This document shows positions 1 to 10,063 of a DNA stretch of 64,000 bases, piece by piece (within the stretch, counting starts at the first letter, position 1; each line of letters begins with the position of its first letter). Source of the stretch: an uncultured Spirochaetota bacterium (GTDB lineage Bacteria; Spirochaetota; Brevinematia; Brevinematales; JAOACQ01). The notes below the pieces were generated by a model that had not been told where the DNA came from, did not search any database, and saw only the letters and a program-made list of their open reading frames with translations. The position numbers and the translations under genes were made by a program. The stretch is from positions 96,001 through 160,000 of the forward strand of contig CAWAOD010000004.1 of the NCBI GenBank assembly GCA_963783575.1, in the 5' to 3' direction.

Positions 1-1653
1 GGATATCCGAAAATTAATCTCATATACAATTTATTATAGCTTAAATTACATAATTACACTCCTGTACCATTTTATATCATTCTCATATACTCAATCCTTT
101 GCATATTACAGCCTGAAAATATTTTCCCACATTATGTGAAGTGGAATTCCAGAGCCAATCCATTTCTACTTTTTCTTTTCCACGATAATAGGTTTGAGAA
201 AAATCTTTCTGCGTTTTAAGGTTGGCAAAATTGTGTTCCTTTCCAATTCTCTTGCTGTATATCTTTTGCCCTTCATCACTTCTCAATTTATTAAGATAAC
301 TGTCGATTTCCTTTCTGTTCTCTAACTCAAACAGATTGAAATTTACAGTCTTTTGGTTTCTGCTGGGATTTATGTTCGTATAACATTCCTTATTATTTTC
401 ACATTCCTTACATTGTGATCGATTATAGAAAAAGTGGATTTTGCCTCTTTTATCATCAATGTATCCTTTGGTATTTAATCCACCACAGCACTTTAACCGA
501 TACTCTCTGTTATCACCTTTTATGATTTCAAAATTCTTTCTCTTTTGTACCTCTTTCCCAAAATCTCTCTCTTTTATATCAATATAGCAATCCAATCCTT
601 TTTCTTCCATTTCCAGAATGTCTGTCATATTTTGAAATCCCGAATCCAGCAGGTACTTACTTTCCTGCTTTACCCCCAATTCCTCTTTAAGCTTTTCCAC
701 TTCCTCAATCATGGGTTTCGCACTGTATTTCTCATTCAATTTATCGTTTTCACAGCTTAGTATTATGTCATTGTTACTGATCATCATTCTTATATTATAT
801 CCCTGAATATATCCGCTCTTGTCAGGCCCCAATGTAAGAGAGCTGTCGGGATCGGTTAAATTATAATGATCTTTGCCTGTAATGGTTTTGTCTCCTTCTT
901 TTAATCTTTCTTCTTCAAGCATCTTTTGATAAACTTCCACCTGTTCCATCACTCTGTTGTAAAGCTTTTCCTGACGTTCTATACGCTTTTTTTCAGCCAT
1001 ATACTTTTCTTCTTCCAATTCACCACGATTTAGTTTCTCATCTGTCTCCAAACTCCTTTTAACTACTTTGGTTGCCATTTTGCGGTAAGTTCTCATCACT
1101 TTGTCGGCTCTTTCCCTGGTCATCGTCTTTGACTTTGATGCATTGGCTTTGATTTTCGTTCCGTCCCCCACAACTACATCCCAATCAATCTCTCCTATGT
1201 TATTTAATAAAAAAAGAATTGTCGCAAACAGATTTGTAATTTCGTCATCAAACTGGATTTTAAAATCGCAAAGCTTTGAATGATCTATGCTAAGACGGTT
1301 TGATACATACATAAATCCTATGTGGGTTCTGAGAAGATTTTCTACCTTGCGGCTGGAATGGATTCCTTGCAAATAACCATAGAGAATCGCAGATATAACA
1401 TCTTGAGGATGTTTCCCTTTCCGCCCTGTTTCATCATTGGAATAATATTTATCAAACCTTTGTATATCAATGTATTTCGCCACAAACTTTTTTAGAAGGA
1501 CTTCACGGCTGTATTCATCGAATTGTTCCTGCAAATTGATGGCTAACAATTCTCCCTGGTCTAGATTTCCTCTCTTATATCTCGCCATTGTCTTTCCCCT
1601 CTTTAATTTTGCAACTAACTATTATATCATATTTTCGGATTTTTCGACAGACA
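1..1653 (-). mobile_element. IS1182-family insertion sequence (left end cut by window edge)
   Basis: Transposase flanked by inverted copies ATCCGAAAAT (5-14) and ATTTTCGGAT (1631-1640); the latter continues TTTTCGACAGAC, resembling IS1182-type ends. Confidence 0.7.
83..1588 (-). CDS. IS1182-family DDE transposase
   Basis: ILYGY..GIHSSRKVE N-terminal domain, DGTKIKANAS, TDPDS, GYN, DSGF, Cys-rich segment, KRIGKEHNFANLK. Confidence 0.88.
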   Translation of the reverse strand: MARYKRGNLDQGELLAINLQEQFDEYSREVLLKKFVAKYIDIQRFDKYYSNDETGRKGKHPQDVISAILYGYLQGIHSSRKVENLLRTHIGFMYVSNRLSIDHSKLCDFKIQFDDEITNLFATILFLLNNIGEIDWDVVVGDGTKIKANASKSKTMTRERADKVMRTYRKMATKVVKRSLETDEKLNRGELEEEKYMAEKKRIERQEKLYNRVMEQVEVYQKMLEEERLKEGDKTITGKDHYNLTDPDSSLTLGPDKSGYIQGYNIRMMISNNDIILSCENDKLNEKYSAKPMIEEVEKLKEELGVKQESKYLLDSGFQNMTDILEMEEKGLDCYIDIKERDFGKEVQKRKNFEIIKGDNREYRLKCCGGLNTKGYIDDKRGKIHFFYNRSQCKECENNKECYTNINPSRNQKTVNFNLFELENRKEIDSYLNKLRSDEGQKIYSKRIGKEHNFANLKTQKDFSQTYYRGKEKVEMDWLWNSTSHNVGKYFQAVICKGLSI

Positions 1654-1726
1654 ATCACTGAGAAAGAGAGTAACAAAGCCCCATTGCCGTGGCTTTACGG
1701 CAAAATGCAATATAATAATTTTCCTC

Positions 1727-1755
1727 TTGACAATTATAATATAATAATATATAAT
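1727..1755 (+). promoter_or_regulatory. sigma70-type promoter of the PadR operon
   Basis: TTGACA (1727-1732), 17 bp spacer, TATAAT (1750-1755): perfect consensus. Confidence 0.8.
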
Positions 1756-1773
1756 ATGTGCATATGCACATAT
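1754..1773. promoter_or_regulatory. probable PadR operator
   Basis: Perfect 20-bp palindrome ATATGTGCATATGCACATAT containing ATGT-N8-ACAT, between the -10 box and the RBS. Confidence 0.75.
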
Positions 1774-1785
1774 AAGGAGAAACTA

Positions 1786-2334
1786 ATGTCTTTGCAATAT
1801 GCGATTTTGGGACTTATAGATCGATATACCCTTTCCGGTTATGATATTATGAAAATATTTGATCACGGTCTTAAACATTATTGGTCGACTGAACACACTC
1901 AAATATACCGTATGTTAGCAAAACTCTATGAGAAAAAACTTATCGATTATGAAATTGAATATCAGGAGAGTAAACCCGATAAAAAAGTTTACAGGATAAC
2001 TAATCTTGGGAAAGAATCTTTCCGGCTATGGTTAATCAAGCCTTCGGAATTGCCTGAAATACGGCATTCGCAATTGCTTCAATTTTCATTTATGGCGGAA
2101 ATGGAAACCAAAAATATCATAGGTTTCTTAAAGGATTATGAATCCCTTATATTAAAAAAACTGGAAACATACAACAATCCTGAGCACATAAAAAAATCTT
2201 ATAGTATAGCAAGAAATAAAAAGGAAAAAGTACTGTGGAAGCTTGTGTTAGAGAATGGAATTCAATACTACAATAATGAAATAGACTGGATTCACAAATC
2301 AATCGAATGTTTGGAAGAATTGGAGGAAGCATGA
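1786..2334 (+). CDS. PadR-family transcriptional regulator
   Basis: MSLQYAILGL..SGYDI..W...HTQIY..L..L, PDKKVYRIT; AAGGAG RBS before ATG 1786. Confidence 0.9.
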   Translation: MSLQYAILGLIDRYTLSGYDIMKIFDHGLKHYWSTEHTQIYRMLAKLYEKKLIDYEIEYQESKPDKKVYRITNLGKESFRLWLIKPSELPEIRHSQLLQFSFMAEMETKNIIGFLKDYESLILKKLETYNNPEHIKKSYSIARNKKEKVLWKLVLENGIQYYNNEIDWIHKSIECLEELEEA

Positions 2335-2861
2335 ATACTTTGATAATCAACGGGCTTGAATCCGGATTTAAAATCCCTGGTTTTTCAAAAATAAGTAAAA
2401 ATAATGAAAGCGAATGTACTGACATTATTACTATTGAATTAGCGAATTTGAAATTGAATAGCTGTATCGGATGTAGCTCCTGCATGTTCAAAACTCCGGG
2501 TTTATGTATATTTAAGGATGATGTTAAAGAAATCCTTATTAACTGGTTAAAAGCCGATTTAATTTTACTCTTCTATCCTGTTAAAAGCGGCTTCATGAAT
2601 TACCTGACAAAAAAATTAATTGATAGATTATTTCCTCTTGAACTGCCTTATATTGAATTTAAAAAAGGTGCATTTAATCATCCGCGCAGGTATAAAAACA
2701 GCCCGGAAATTGGGTTTGTCATTGACATCAAGGATATGAGATACTGGGATTTGAATCTGGAAAACAATCTTCATATTGGAAATTTCTATGGAAAATTTCT
2801 TTTTCAAAAGAATCTGGATGAATTTCAAAAGGAGCTTAAAAATGAAACTATATATATTTAA
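2331..2861 (+). CDS. flavodoxin-family protein (NAD(P)H-dependent FMN reductase / iron-sulfur flavoprotein-like)
   Basis: CIGCSSC..KTPGLC..KDD, KKLIDR; ATGA overlap with padR stop. Confidence 0.75.
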   Translation: MNTLIINGLESGFKIPGFSKISKNNESECTDIITIELANLKLNSCIGCSSCMFKTPGLCIFKDDVKEILINWLKADLILLFYPVKSGFMNYLTKKLIDRLFPLELPYIEFKKGAFNHPRRYKNSPEIGFVIDIKDMRYWDLNLENNLHIGNFYGKFLFQKNLDEFQKELKNETIYI

Positions 2862-3516
2862 CGGATCGCCGAGAGCTGAAGAAAGCAATACTGCTAAAAT
2901 ACTCAGCTATTTTGTTAATGGTTTTCTAAGTCTTAATGGCAATGAAATAGAGAATTTATTCATTAATGATATTACCATTAACACCTGCATTGAAAAGATC
3001 ATAGAAGCTGAAAATATCTGTATAGCTTTTCCTTTATATATTCTGTCAATGCCTGCAAATGTTAAGCAGTTAATTGAACGGCTGCCGAAAGATAATCTTA
3101 AAAAGAAAATTATTGTATTTATACAAAGCGGTTTTCCGGAAAGCAGTCAAATGCGGGTAATGAAGGAATATTTCAAATTATTATTTGCAGATCTGCAGTA
3201 TGATTTTAAAGGGATCATTATTAAGGGTTTCGGCGCAGGCATAGAAATGATGCCTTCAAGTGTTAATAAAAATTGGACAGAAAAAATATATAAAATTGGA
3301 TTATTATACGGGCAAATTGGAGAACTTGACCTGAAGTTATTAGAAGAAATCAGCAGGCCTGAAAAATTATCAAAACCTGCGCTCATTTTTTATAAGTTCC
3401 TTAAAATTACCGGCGTACTTGATTTGTATACATCTGAAGCGCTTAAAAGAAATGGAAAGACAGAGATACAGAGTTATGCAAAACCCTTATTCTCTAATGG
3501 TAATTTGAATAATTAA
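2842..3516 (+). CDS. NAD(P)H-dependent flavodoxin-fold oxidoreductase
   Basis: MKLYIFNGSPR..SNT, FPLY..MP..VKQLIE, QSGFPE. Confidence 0.8.
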   Translation: MKLYIFNGSPRAEESNTAKILSYFVNGFLSLNGNEIENLFINDITINTCIEKIIEAENICIAFPLYILSMPANVKQLIERLPKDNLKKKIIVFIQSGFPESSQMRVMKEYFKLLFADLQYDFKGIIIKGFGAGIEMMPSSVNKNWTEKIYKIGLLYGQIGELDLKLLEEISRPEKLSKPALIFYKFLKITGVLDLYTSEALKRNGKTEIQSYAKPLFSNGNLNN

Positions 3517-3644
3517 TGGTTATTTATTGAAATTATTTTTCAAATTTTCAGGGTTTCACATTTGCTTTTCTTATAGTTTTGGGCTTATAATATTTTATGT
3601 GGTTTATAGGTTAAAAGAAAAGCTTAACTGCAAAGGAAGATAAG

Positions 3645-4464
3645 ATGGAATTAAAAGAAGAAATTGAAGATATTCTCTCATTATCTGAAATCAATGGGGG
3701 GGCTTACTGGTCGCGGTCGGACGGCGATATTCATGCCCCGGCCGGTTTTTCAACGATCGATGTGCTGAATACCCTTGGAGAAATCGGCCTGAAATCCGCC
3801 AATTCAAAAAAAGTTTCTGATGCGATTGACTTTGTGTTTAATTATATGGATGATAACGGCTCTTTCAAGTATTCGTCTAAAAGCTCAAAATTGCCCTGTA
3901 TCATAGCCAGGATATTGACGGCATTCGGCAGGCTTGGATATTTAAACGATGACCGGATTGAAAAATGTTATCGGCATTTACTGGAAACCCAGCAGAATGA
4001 CGGGGGCTGGAGATGCGCCACAGTAAAATCGGGTAAATCGGTGGAAACGGACGCGAGCAACCCGGGTACGACCCTTTATGTTTTAGACGCGTTCAGATTC
4101 CGGAAAAATTCCCAAGATGATAATATTCAATTAGAAAAAGCCATATCATTTCTTTTAAAACATTGGGAAACACGAACCCCGCTAGGCCCCTGCGAATTTG
4201 GAATCGGTTCGAGATTCCTCTCAATAGAATATCCTTTTTTTAAGATACAATTTGTTTTATTATGTATATGTCCTGTCAAAATACAAAACTGCTCATAAAG
4301 ACGCTAGATATGAAGATGCGCTGGAGACACTGATAAAAAAAACAAAAGATAAAAAAATATATCCGGAATCTCCCCACAAAGCCTGGGGTAAATATAGTTT
4401 TTCCCGAAAGAACGAGTATAGTGAAAAAGCGACGAATAGGTTACTTGAAATATTGGAAAATTGA
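3645..4464 (+). pseudogene. prenyltransferase/squalene-oxidase-repeat (alpha/alpha barrel) protein, +1 frameshift at a T7 run
   Basis: LLETQQNDGGW motif; removing one T at 4235-4241 joins ORFs 3645-4298 and 4252-4464 as YPFLRYNLFYYVYVLS. Confidence 0.7.
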
Positions 4465-4487
4465 CATTTTTATAATTGGGAGAAAAT

Positions 4488-5060
4488 ATGTTTGATATTA
4501 TTGTTTACATTGCTTTTATGTTATGGGGGATTTCCGAGTATATAATTATAGCGGGAAAGCGTGTGGAACAAAATAAGCAAATAAAAGACATAAACAGCAA
4601 AATACAGAATTTGTTTATAATTATTACCCTGCCTTTAGGTATAACTTTTGGTATACTTGATTCGCAATTCAAAATATTAGAATTTCCATTTAATGTGATA
4701 TTCTGGAAGTCAACCGGTTTAGTCCTTCTTGTCTCAGGTGTTGTAATACGCCGGATTTCAATAAATACATTGAAAAATTACTTTAGTTCCAATATTACCA
4801 TTCAAAAAGACCATAAACTGGTTACCGCCGGGATCTATAAATACATCCGGCATCCGAGTTATCTGGGCGCAAATTTGTGTTTCCTGGGATTCGGATTGGT
4901 TTTTGCAAATTTGATCAGTTTTACTTTAATATTTATTGTTAATTTTATTATATCCCTTAATAGAATCAGTTTTGAAGAAAAAATACTCTCGGGTAATTTC
5001 GGCAAAGACTATGAAAACTACAGGAAGAATTCCAGGAAACTGATTCCGGGCATATTTTAA
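4488..5060 (+). CDS. isoprenylcysteine carboxyl methyltransferase (ICMT/PEMT) family membrane protein
   Basis: HKLVTAGIYKYIRHPSYLG, RI..EEKIL..FGKDYENY...LIP. Confidence 0.88.
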   Translation: MFDIIVYIAFMLWGISEYIIIAGKRVEQNKQIKDINSKIQNLFIIITLPLGITFGILDSQFKILEFPFNVIFWKSTGLVLLVSGVVIRRISINTLKNYFSSNITIQKDHKLVTAGIYKYIRHPSYLGANLCFLGFGLVFANLISFTLIFIVNFIISLNRISFEEKILSGNFGKDYENYRKNSRKLIPGIF

Positions 5061-5247
5061 AGAATCCTTCAGAAAACGCCGGGGAAATCCAATTTATTTC
5101 AAAAGACAGCTGTAATTCTTATAGGTGTATGAATGGTAATTTATATTTTTTGCATCTTTCTAAACTAACTTTGACTTACCCTGATATAAATGGATATATT
5201 TGTACAACTCATATTCAAATTTTGATAATAACTAAAAGGAAGGGAAA

Positions 5248-6603
5248 ATGTTAAAAGCAGTTTTTATTGTTCTTTTTTTATCAGCGGTTATTTTACTGAA
5301 GGGGAATATTTACGGCGAGATAAAAACCCTGACGCTTGAAAATGTTCGTGATCTGGCTTTGAAAAACAGTTCAAGCGTCCTGCAGGCTGAAAAGGATGTT
5401 AAAATCGCCCAGGCGCAGCTTAATGAAAGTTACGGCGATTTTTTCGTACCGGCAATAACCGCTTCAGGAAACTATGGCTATACCGGTACCGGGATAGAGG
5501 TCGTTCAATTTCAGGGGCAGAATGTATCAGTGCCTAATAATTATCCCGACACTTATTCGGGTTCTTTAAGCCTCGCAAAACCGATCTTTGACGGGTTTAA
5601 ACTCCAGAACGCGGTAAGCACACAGCGTTTTAACCTTAATCTTGCCGTTATGAAACTGAACGATGAAAAGAACCAGATCGAACTTGACGCGGAAACAAGG
5701 TTTTATCATCTGTCCTATCTGGAGCAAAATATAAAAAACAGCGAAGCCGCCGATAAAGACCTTCTTGAACAGCTTAATTATTCGGAGCAGAACTATAAAG
5801 CCGGGAACGCAACCGAACTGGATTATATTAAGTCAAAGCTGGCCTATACCAGTAATAAGCCCATACTTATAAAAGCCAGGCATGATTATAATATTGAGAA
5901 AGTTACACTCTGCAATGAATTGGGTATAACAAACAATTATAATGATATTGCCTTTATCGGGGATCTCATGCAGACTACAAATTATTTAATCGACTCTTTT
6001 CCTGAAGATGAATATTCCAGGTTGGCAATTTCTAATGATATAACATTGAAAACTATCATCAATACTCTTGAAATTGCCAGGCTGAATAAGAATACCCAGG
6101 AATGGGCAAGGTTTCCTATTCTTTCGGGAAATGTGGGTTACAGGTATGATTACCGGCCCGCATCCGGATCAGGGAGCGGAGCCGCCGCGGGACGGACATG
6201 GCAGCCTTCATGGGATGTCGGATTGGGCGTTTCGGCTTCCATTGATGACTGGATTCCTTTTTCACGAGGAGCGAATTCAATAACCGAATACGATGAAAAC
6301 GTAAAAAAACAGGAACTCGCTAGGGATCAGCAGATCAGCACAGTAGACCTTCAGCTCAGAACCCTGATTATGCAGCTCAAAGAAAATAAGGAAACTGTCG
6401 ACAGCCAGACCGATAATGTCGTCCTGGCTACGGAAAGCCTTGATATGACTAAGAAAAGGTATTTGCTTGGAGATGCATCATTTCTTGATATAAACGATTC
6501 CGAATCAAGCTATGAGCAGGCGATTTCCGCATACCTGCTTGCAGTTTATGATTATTACTCGAATTATCTGAAATTGAAAGTTATGATTGGGAAACCTTTA
6601 TGA
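5248..6603 (+). CDS. TolC-family outer-membrane efflux protein
   Basis: Signal peptide, LTLE...AL..S, two OEP repeats (PIFDGF; Y..G.A...D); precedes MacAB-like genes. Confidence 0.85.
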   Translation: MLKAVFIVLFLSAVILLKGNIYGEIKTLTLENVRDLALKNSSSVLQAEKDVKIAQAQLNESYGDFFVPAITASGNYGYTGTGIEVVQFQGQNVSVPNNYPDTYSGSLSLAKPIFDGFKLQNAVSTQRFNLNLAVMKLNDEKNQIELDAETRFYHLSYLEQNIKNSEAADKDLLEQLNYSEQNYKAGNATELDYIKSKLAYTSNKPILIKARHDYNIEKVTLCNELGITNNYNDIAFIGDLMQTTNYLIDSFPEDEYSRLAISNDITLKTIINTLEIARLNKNTQEWARFPILSGNVGYRYDYRPASGSGSGAAAGRTWQPSWDVGLGVSASIDDWIPFSRGANSITEYDENVKKQELARDQQISTVDLQLRTLIMQLKENKETVDSQTDNVVLATESLDMTKKRYLLGDASFLDINDSESSYEQAISAYLLAVYDYYSNYLKLKVMIGKPL

Positions 6604-6654
6604 TTATTTTACTTAATACAACCAATTTTAATATAGATTCGCTGTATCCCAGCG

Positions 6655-6692
6655 GTAGACAATGGGTTTAAACCCATTGTCTGCCCATTGTC
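6655..6692. repeat. GTAG-type REP-like palindrome
   Basis: GTAGACAATGGGTTTAAACCCATTGTCTGC; perfect 26-bp palindrome 6657-6682, followed by an extra CCCATTGTC. Confidence 0.65.
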
Positions 6693-6770
6693 GTGGAAAT
6701 CGCCTGAACAGGCAGATTTTTAATGTTGAGATTTAATTATAAATTTCATTAATTCCTGAGGAGTTTTTAA

Positions 6771-8072
6771 ATGAATAAGAAAATAATTATTTTGCTGATT
6801 CTGGCCGCGGTTGTCATCATTACGGTTTTATCGGTGGTTATTATAGGAAATAATAAAGATAAAAAAACCTTTCAGTTTGTTAAGGTAGAAAGGGGGAATC
6901 TGGAAGCCGCTATTTCCAGTACCGGTACTCTGGTTTTATTGGTGCCGGAAACAGTGAATGTTAACGCCAGGATATCGGGAACGGTTTCAAAAATCCTGGT
7001 CGATTATAACCAGAAAGTTTATGCCGGTCAGACTCTCGCGCAGCTGGATAGCGATCTTTTAAAACTGGCACTGGAACAGGCCCAGTATGCTTACGATAAG
7101 TCTATGGTGGCCCTTTCGCAGGCGCAATGGAATTTTGACACTACAAAGGGACTTTTCGATCAAAAATTCAAGTCCAAGACCGATATGGACACTGCGCAAT
7201 TCAGTCTTGATTCTGCCAAATCGGATGTTCAGGCTGCAAAATCAGGGCTTGATACGGCAAAATTGAACCTGAAATACGCGGATATCACATCACCGATTAA
7301 CGGCGTTGTAATCGATGAGAATATTAATATAGGACAGCAGGTCGGTACCAGCTCCGGTTCCAATTATCTTTTCATCATCACAAAAGATATTACAAAAATG
7401 CAGATCAACGCTACCGTTGATGAAAGCGACATAAGTAAAATTTCCATCGGCCAGCCGGTACGCTTTACCGTTCAGTCTTATCAGGACAAGACCTTTGCAG
7501 GTAAAGTCAGCGCGATACATCTCCAGCCTCAGACCATACAGAATGTTGTCAATTATACTGTTGTTGTTGATGTGGACAATAAAGATAAAATGCTAATGCC
7601 CGGAATGACAGCAACGGCCAGCATAATTGTGGATAACAGAACAAACGTTTTAAAAGTGCCGAACTCCGCGTTTAAGTTCAGGCCTACCGCTGAAATGATG
7701 AAAAAGTTCGGTATAAGGATAAATCAGCAGGGAAGGGGAAATTATAGCGGTCAGGGCGCGAATCAGGGCGGCGGTAATCCTTCGGGATCCGGCCAGCAGG
7801 GGCAACAGGGCCAGCAGGGCAGGAGCGTACTCTGGACATATAATGAAAAAACGGGTAAGTTGGGAAGAGCTATTGTAAAACTGGGAATGAACGACGGCCA
7901 GATGACCGAGGTTGAGTCCCTGACTTTCGGGAGCAATACAAGCATCCTTACAGATGGTATGCAGGCAATATCCGCATATACCACGCCTGTGAAATCCCCC
8001 GGCCAGCAGAGCCAGCCAAGCCTGTTTAACGCATTCGGCGGCGGCGGCAGAGGTCCCGGGCCGATGAGATGA
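6771..8072 (+). CDS. MacA-like efflux periplasmic adaptor
   Basis: N-terminal TM, ISGTVSKILVDYNQKV.AGQ.LAQLD, ITSPINGVV, VDESDI, LMPGMTA. Confidence 0.9.
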   Translation: MNKKIIILLILAAVVIITVLSVVIIGNNKDKKTFQFVKVERGNLEAAISSTGTLVLLVPETVNVNARISGTVSKILVDYNQKVYAGQTLAQLDSDLLKLALEQAQYAYDKSMVALSQAQWNFDTTKGLFDQKFKSKTDMDTAQFSLDSAKSDVQAAKSGLDTAKLNLKYADITSPINGVVIDENINIGQQVGTSSGSNYLFIITKDITKMQINATVDESDISKISIGQPVRFTVQSYQDKTFAGKVSAIHLQPQTIQNVVNYTVVVDVDNKDKMLMPGMTATASIIVDNRTNVLKVPNSAFKFRPTAEMMKKFGIRINQQGRGNYSGQGANQGGGNPSGSGQQGQQGQQGRSVLWTYNEKTGKLGRAIVKLGMNDGQMTEVESLTFGSNTSILTDGMQAISAYTTPVKSPGQQSQPSLFNAFGGGGRGPGPMR

Positions 8073-8112
8073 TGATGGTTCATCATGAAAAATCAATCTA
8101 AAAGAGGCTGAA

Positions 8113-8838
8113 ATGGAAACAAATAATGAAGTCATACGAGTTGAAAATGTTGTAAAGGTTTATGATGCAGACGGTTCCGGTGAAGCCCGTGTAGAAGCGC
8201 TTAAGGGAATAGACCTGACGGTTAAAACCGGCGAGTTTATAGCAATAATGGGCGCGTCAGGCTCGGGTAAAAGCACGTTTATGAATATTCTGGGCTGTCT
8301 TGACCTTGCGACCTCAGGCAATTACTACCTGGACGGTATCCTTGTCAACAGCTTGTCAAAAGACGAACTCAGCTCCATAAGAAACCAGAAAATCGGTTTT
8401 GTTTTCCAGGGGTTTAATCTGCTTTCAAGAACTAACGCTCTTGAAAATGTCGAACTGCCCATGCTTTACAGCAGAAATGATCAAAAAGATATTGAACCAA
8501 AGAAATTAGCGATAGAGGCTTTGAAGAAAGTGGGCCTGAGCGATAGGATGCACCATCATCCCAACCAGCTTTCCGGCGGCCAGCAGCAGAGGGTTGCCGT
8601 CGCCAGAGCGCTGGTAAACAATCCCAATATTATCCTCGCCGATGAACCGACAGGCAACCTTGATACAAAAACAAGCAATGAAATAATGGCACTCTTCCAG
8701 GAATTAAACGACCAGGGAATAACCGTAGTTCTTGTCACACATGAGCATGATATAGCTGAATTTTCAAAAAGGATCGTTGAATTCCGGGATGGGAACATCA
8801 TAAAGGATGTCGGGATCGAACAGAAAAGGAGTAAATAA
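8113..8838 (+). CDS. ABC transporter ATP-binding protein (MacB/LolD-like)
   Basis: GASGSGKST, LSGGQQQRVA, ILADEPTGNLD, VTHE. Confidence 0.95.
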   Translation: METNNEVIRVENVVKVYDADGSGEARVEALKGIDLTVKTGEFIAIMGASGSGKSTFMNILGCLDLATSGNYYLDGILVNSLSKDELSSIRNQKIGFVFQGFNLLSRTNALENVELPMLYSRNDQKDIEPKKLAIEALKKVGLSDRMHHHPNQLSGGQQQRVAVARALVNNPNIILADEPTGNLDTKTSNEIMALFQELNDQGITVVLVTHEHDIAEFSKRIVEFRDGNIIKDVGIEQKRSK

Positions 8839-8839
8839 A

Positions 8840-10057
8840 ATGATAATAATAAGCCTGTTTAAAATAGCCCTGCAGTCGATCTTAAAAAATAAGATGAGAA
8901 GCTTTCTTACGACGCTTGGAATAATTATCGGCATCTGTTCCGTGATCGTTATGGTCGCGATAGGTACCGGGGCACAGAAACAGATTCAGGATCAGATAAA
9001 CAGCCTGGGGGTCAATCTGCTGACAGTTTTCCCGGTTGCTTTCAGGCAGGGTGGCGTGAGTCTGGGTGGAGGGACTGGTTCCCGGCTTACATTCGACGAT
9101 GTGGACAAATTGAAAAAAGAAGCGACACTTTTATCCGGGGTTTCTCCTATGTCGAGAATCGGCGCGCAGGTCATCGGGGGAACAGGCAACTGGGCTACCT
9201 CGGTTTACGGCGTATCGCCGGATTTCCTTGGTATCCGTCTCTGGACAATAGCCGAAGGAAATCCTTTTACAGACACCGACGTTAAAGTATATGCCAAAGT
9301 CTGCATTCTTGGGCAAACTGTGTCGTCAAACCTTTTCGGCGATGCAAATCCTGTTGGTCAAACTGTCCGCATAAGAAATGTCCCGGTTAAAGTGATCGGC
9401 GTTCTTCAAAAAAAGGGTTTTTCCGCGGGCGGGCAGGACCAGGACGACCTTATCCTGGCGCCATATACGACAGTCCAATTCCGCATAAGCAATAACAGAT
9501 ATATCAATCAGATTCTCTGCAGCAGCGTTTCACCCGAACAGATGAGCGCCGCCCAGGATGAGATAACGTCAATAATGAGACAATCGCATAAAATACCCGA
9601 AGGGTCAGATAACGATTTCAGCATAATGAACCAGACTGATGTAATAAATACAGCCAATCAAACAACCGGAATTCTCACTGCCTTTCTGGCCTCTGTTGCC
9701 GGTATATCCTTACTTGTGGGAGGAATCGGTATTATGAATATTATGCTTGTGTCTGTGACCGAAAGGACCAGGGAAATTGGCATACGAATGGCTGTCGGGG
9801 CCCGGGAAAACGATATTCTGACTCAATTCCTTGTTGAAGCTGTTGTACTCTGCCTTATCGGGGGTGCCGCGGGGATTATTTTAGGCTTCATCATCGCTTT
9901 TGTGATTAAAATAGCTTCCGGAATATATGTGGTGTTTTCCATACCGATCATTTTCCTTGCCTTTTTCTTCTCGCTTTTTGTCGGCGTTTTCTTCGGTTTC
10001 TATCCTGCCAGAAGGGCCGCGGGGTTAAACCCGATTGAAGCCTTGCGGTATGAATAA
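8840..10057 (+). CDS. ABC transporter permease (MacB/FtsX-like)
   Basis: RSFLTTLGIIIG, GGIGIMNIMLVSVTERTREIGIRMAVGA, PARRAAGLNPIEALRYE. Confidence 0.95.
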   Translation: MIIISLFKIALQSILKNKMRSFLTTLGIIIGICSVIVMVAIGTGAQKQIQDQINSLGVNLLTVFPVAFRQGGVSLGGGTGSRLTFDDVDKLKKEATLLSGVSPMSRIGAQVIGGTGNWATSVYGVSPDFLGIRLWTIAEGNPFTDTDVKVYAKVCILGQTVSSNLFGDANPVGQTVRIRNVPVKVIGVLQKKGFSAGGQDQDDLILAPYTTVQFRISNNRYINQILCSSVSPEQMSAAQDEITSIMRQSHKIPEGSDNDFSIMNQTDVINTANQTTGILTAFLASVAGISLLVGGIGIMNIMLVSVTERTREIGIRMAVGARENDILTQFLVEAVVLCLIGGAAGIILGFIIAFVIKIASGIYVVFSIPIIFLAFFFSLFVGVFFGFYPARRAAGLNPIEALRYE

Positions 10058-10063
10058 ATATCC

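Noticed and set aside
1588..1785. N-terminal extension of the PadR ORF
   Set aside because: Spans the IS end and promoter; the RBS supports ATG 1786
7725..7825. Gly/Gln-rich CAGCAGGG repeats in the MacA-like gene
   Set aside because: Ordinary low-complexity linker in this family
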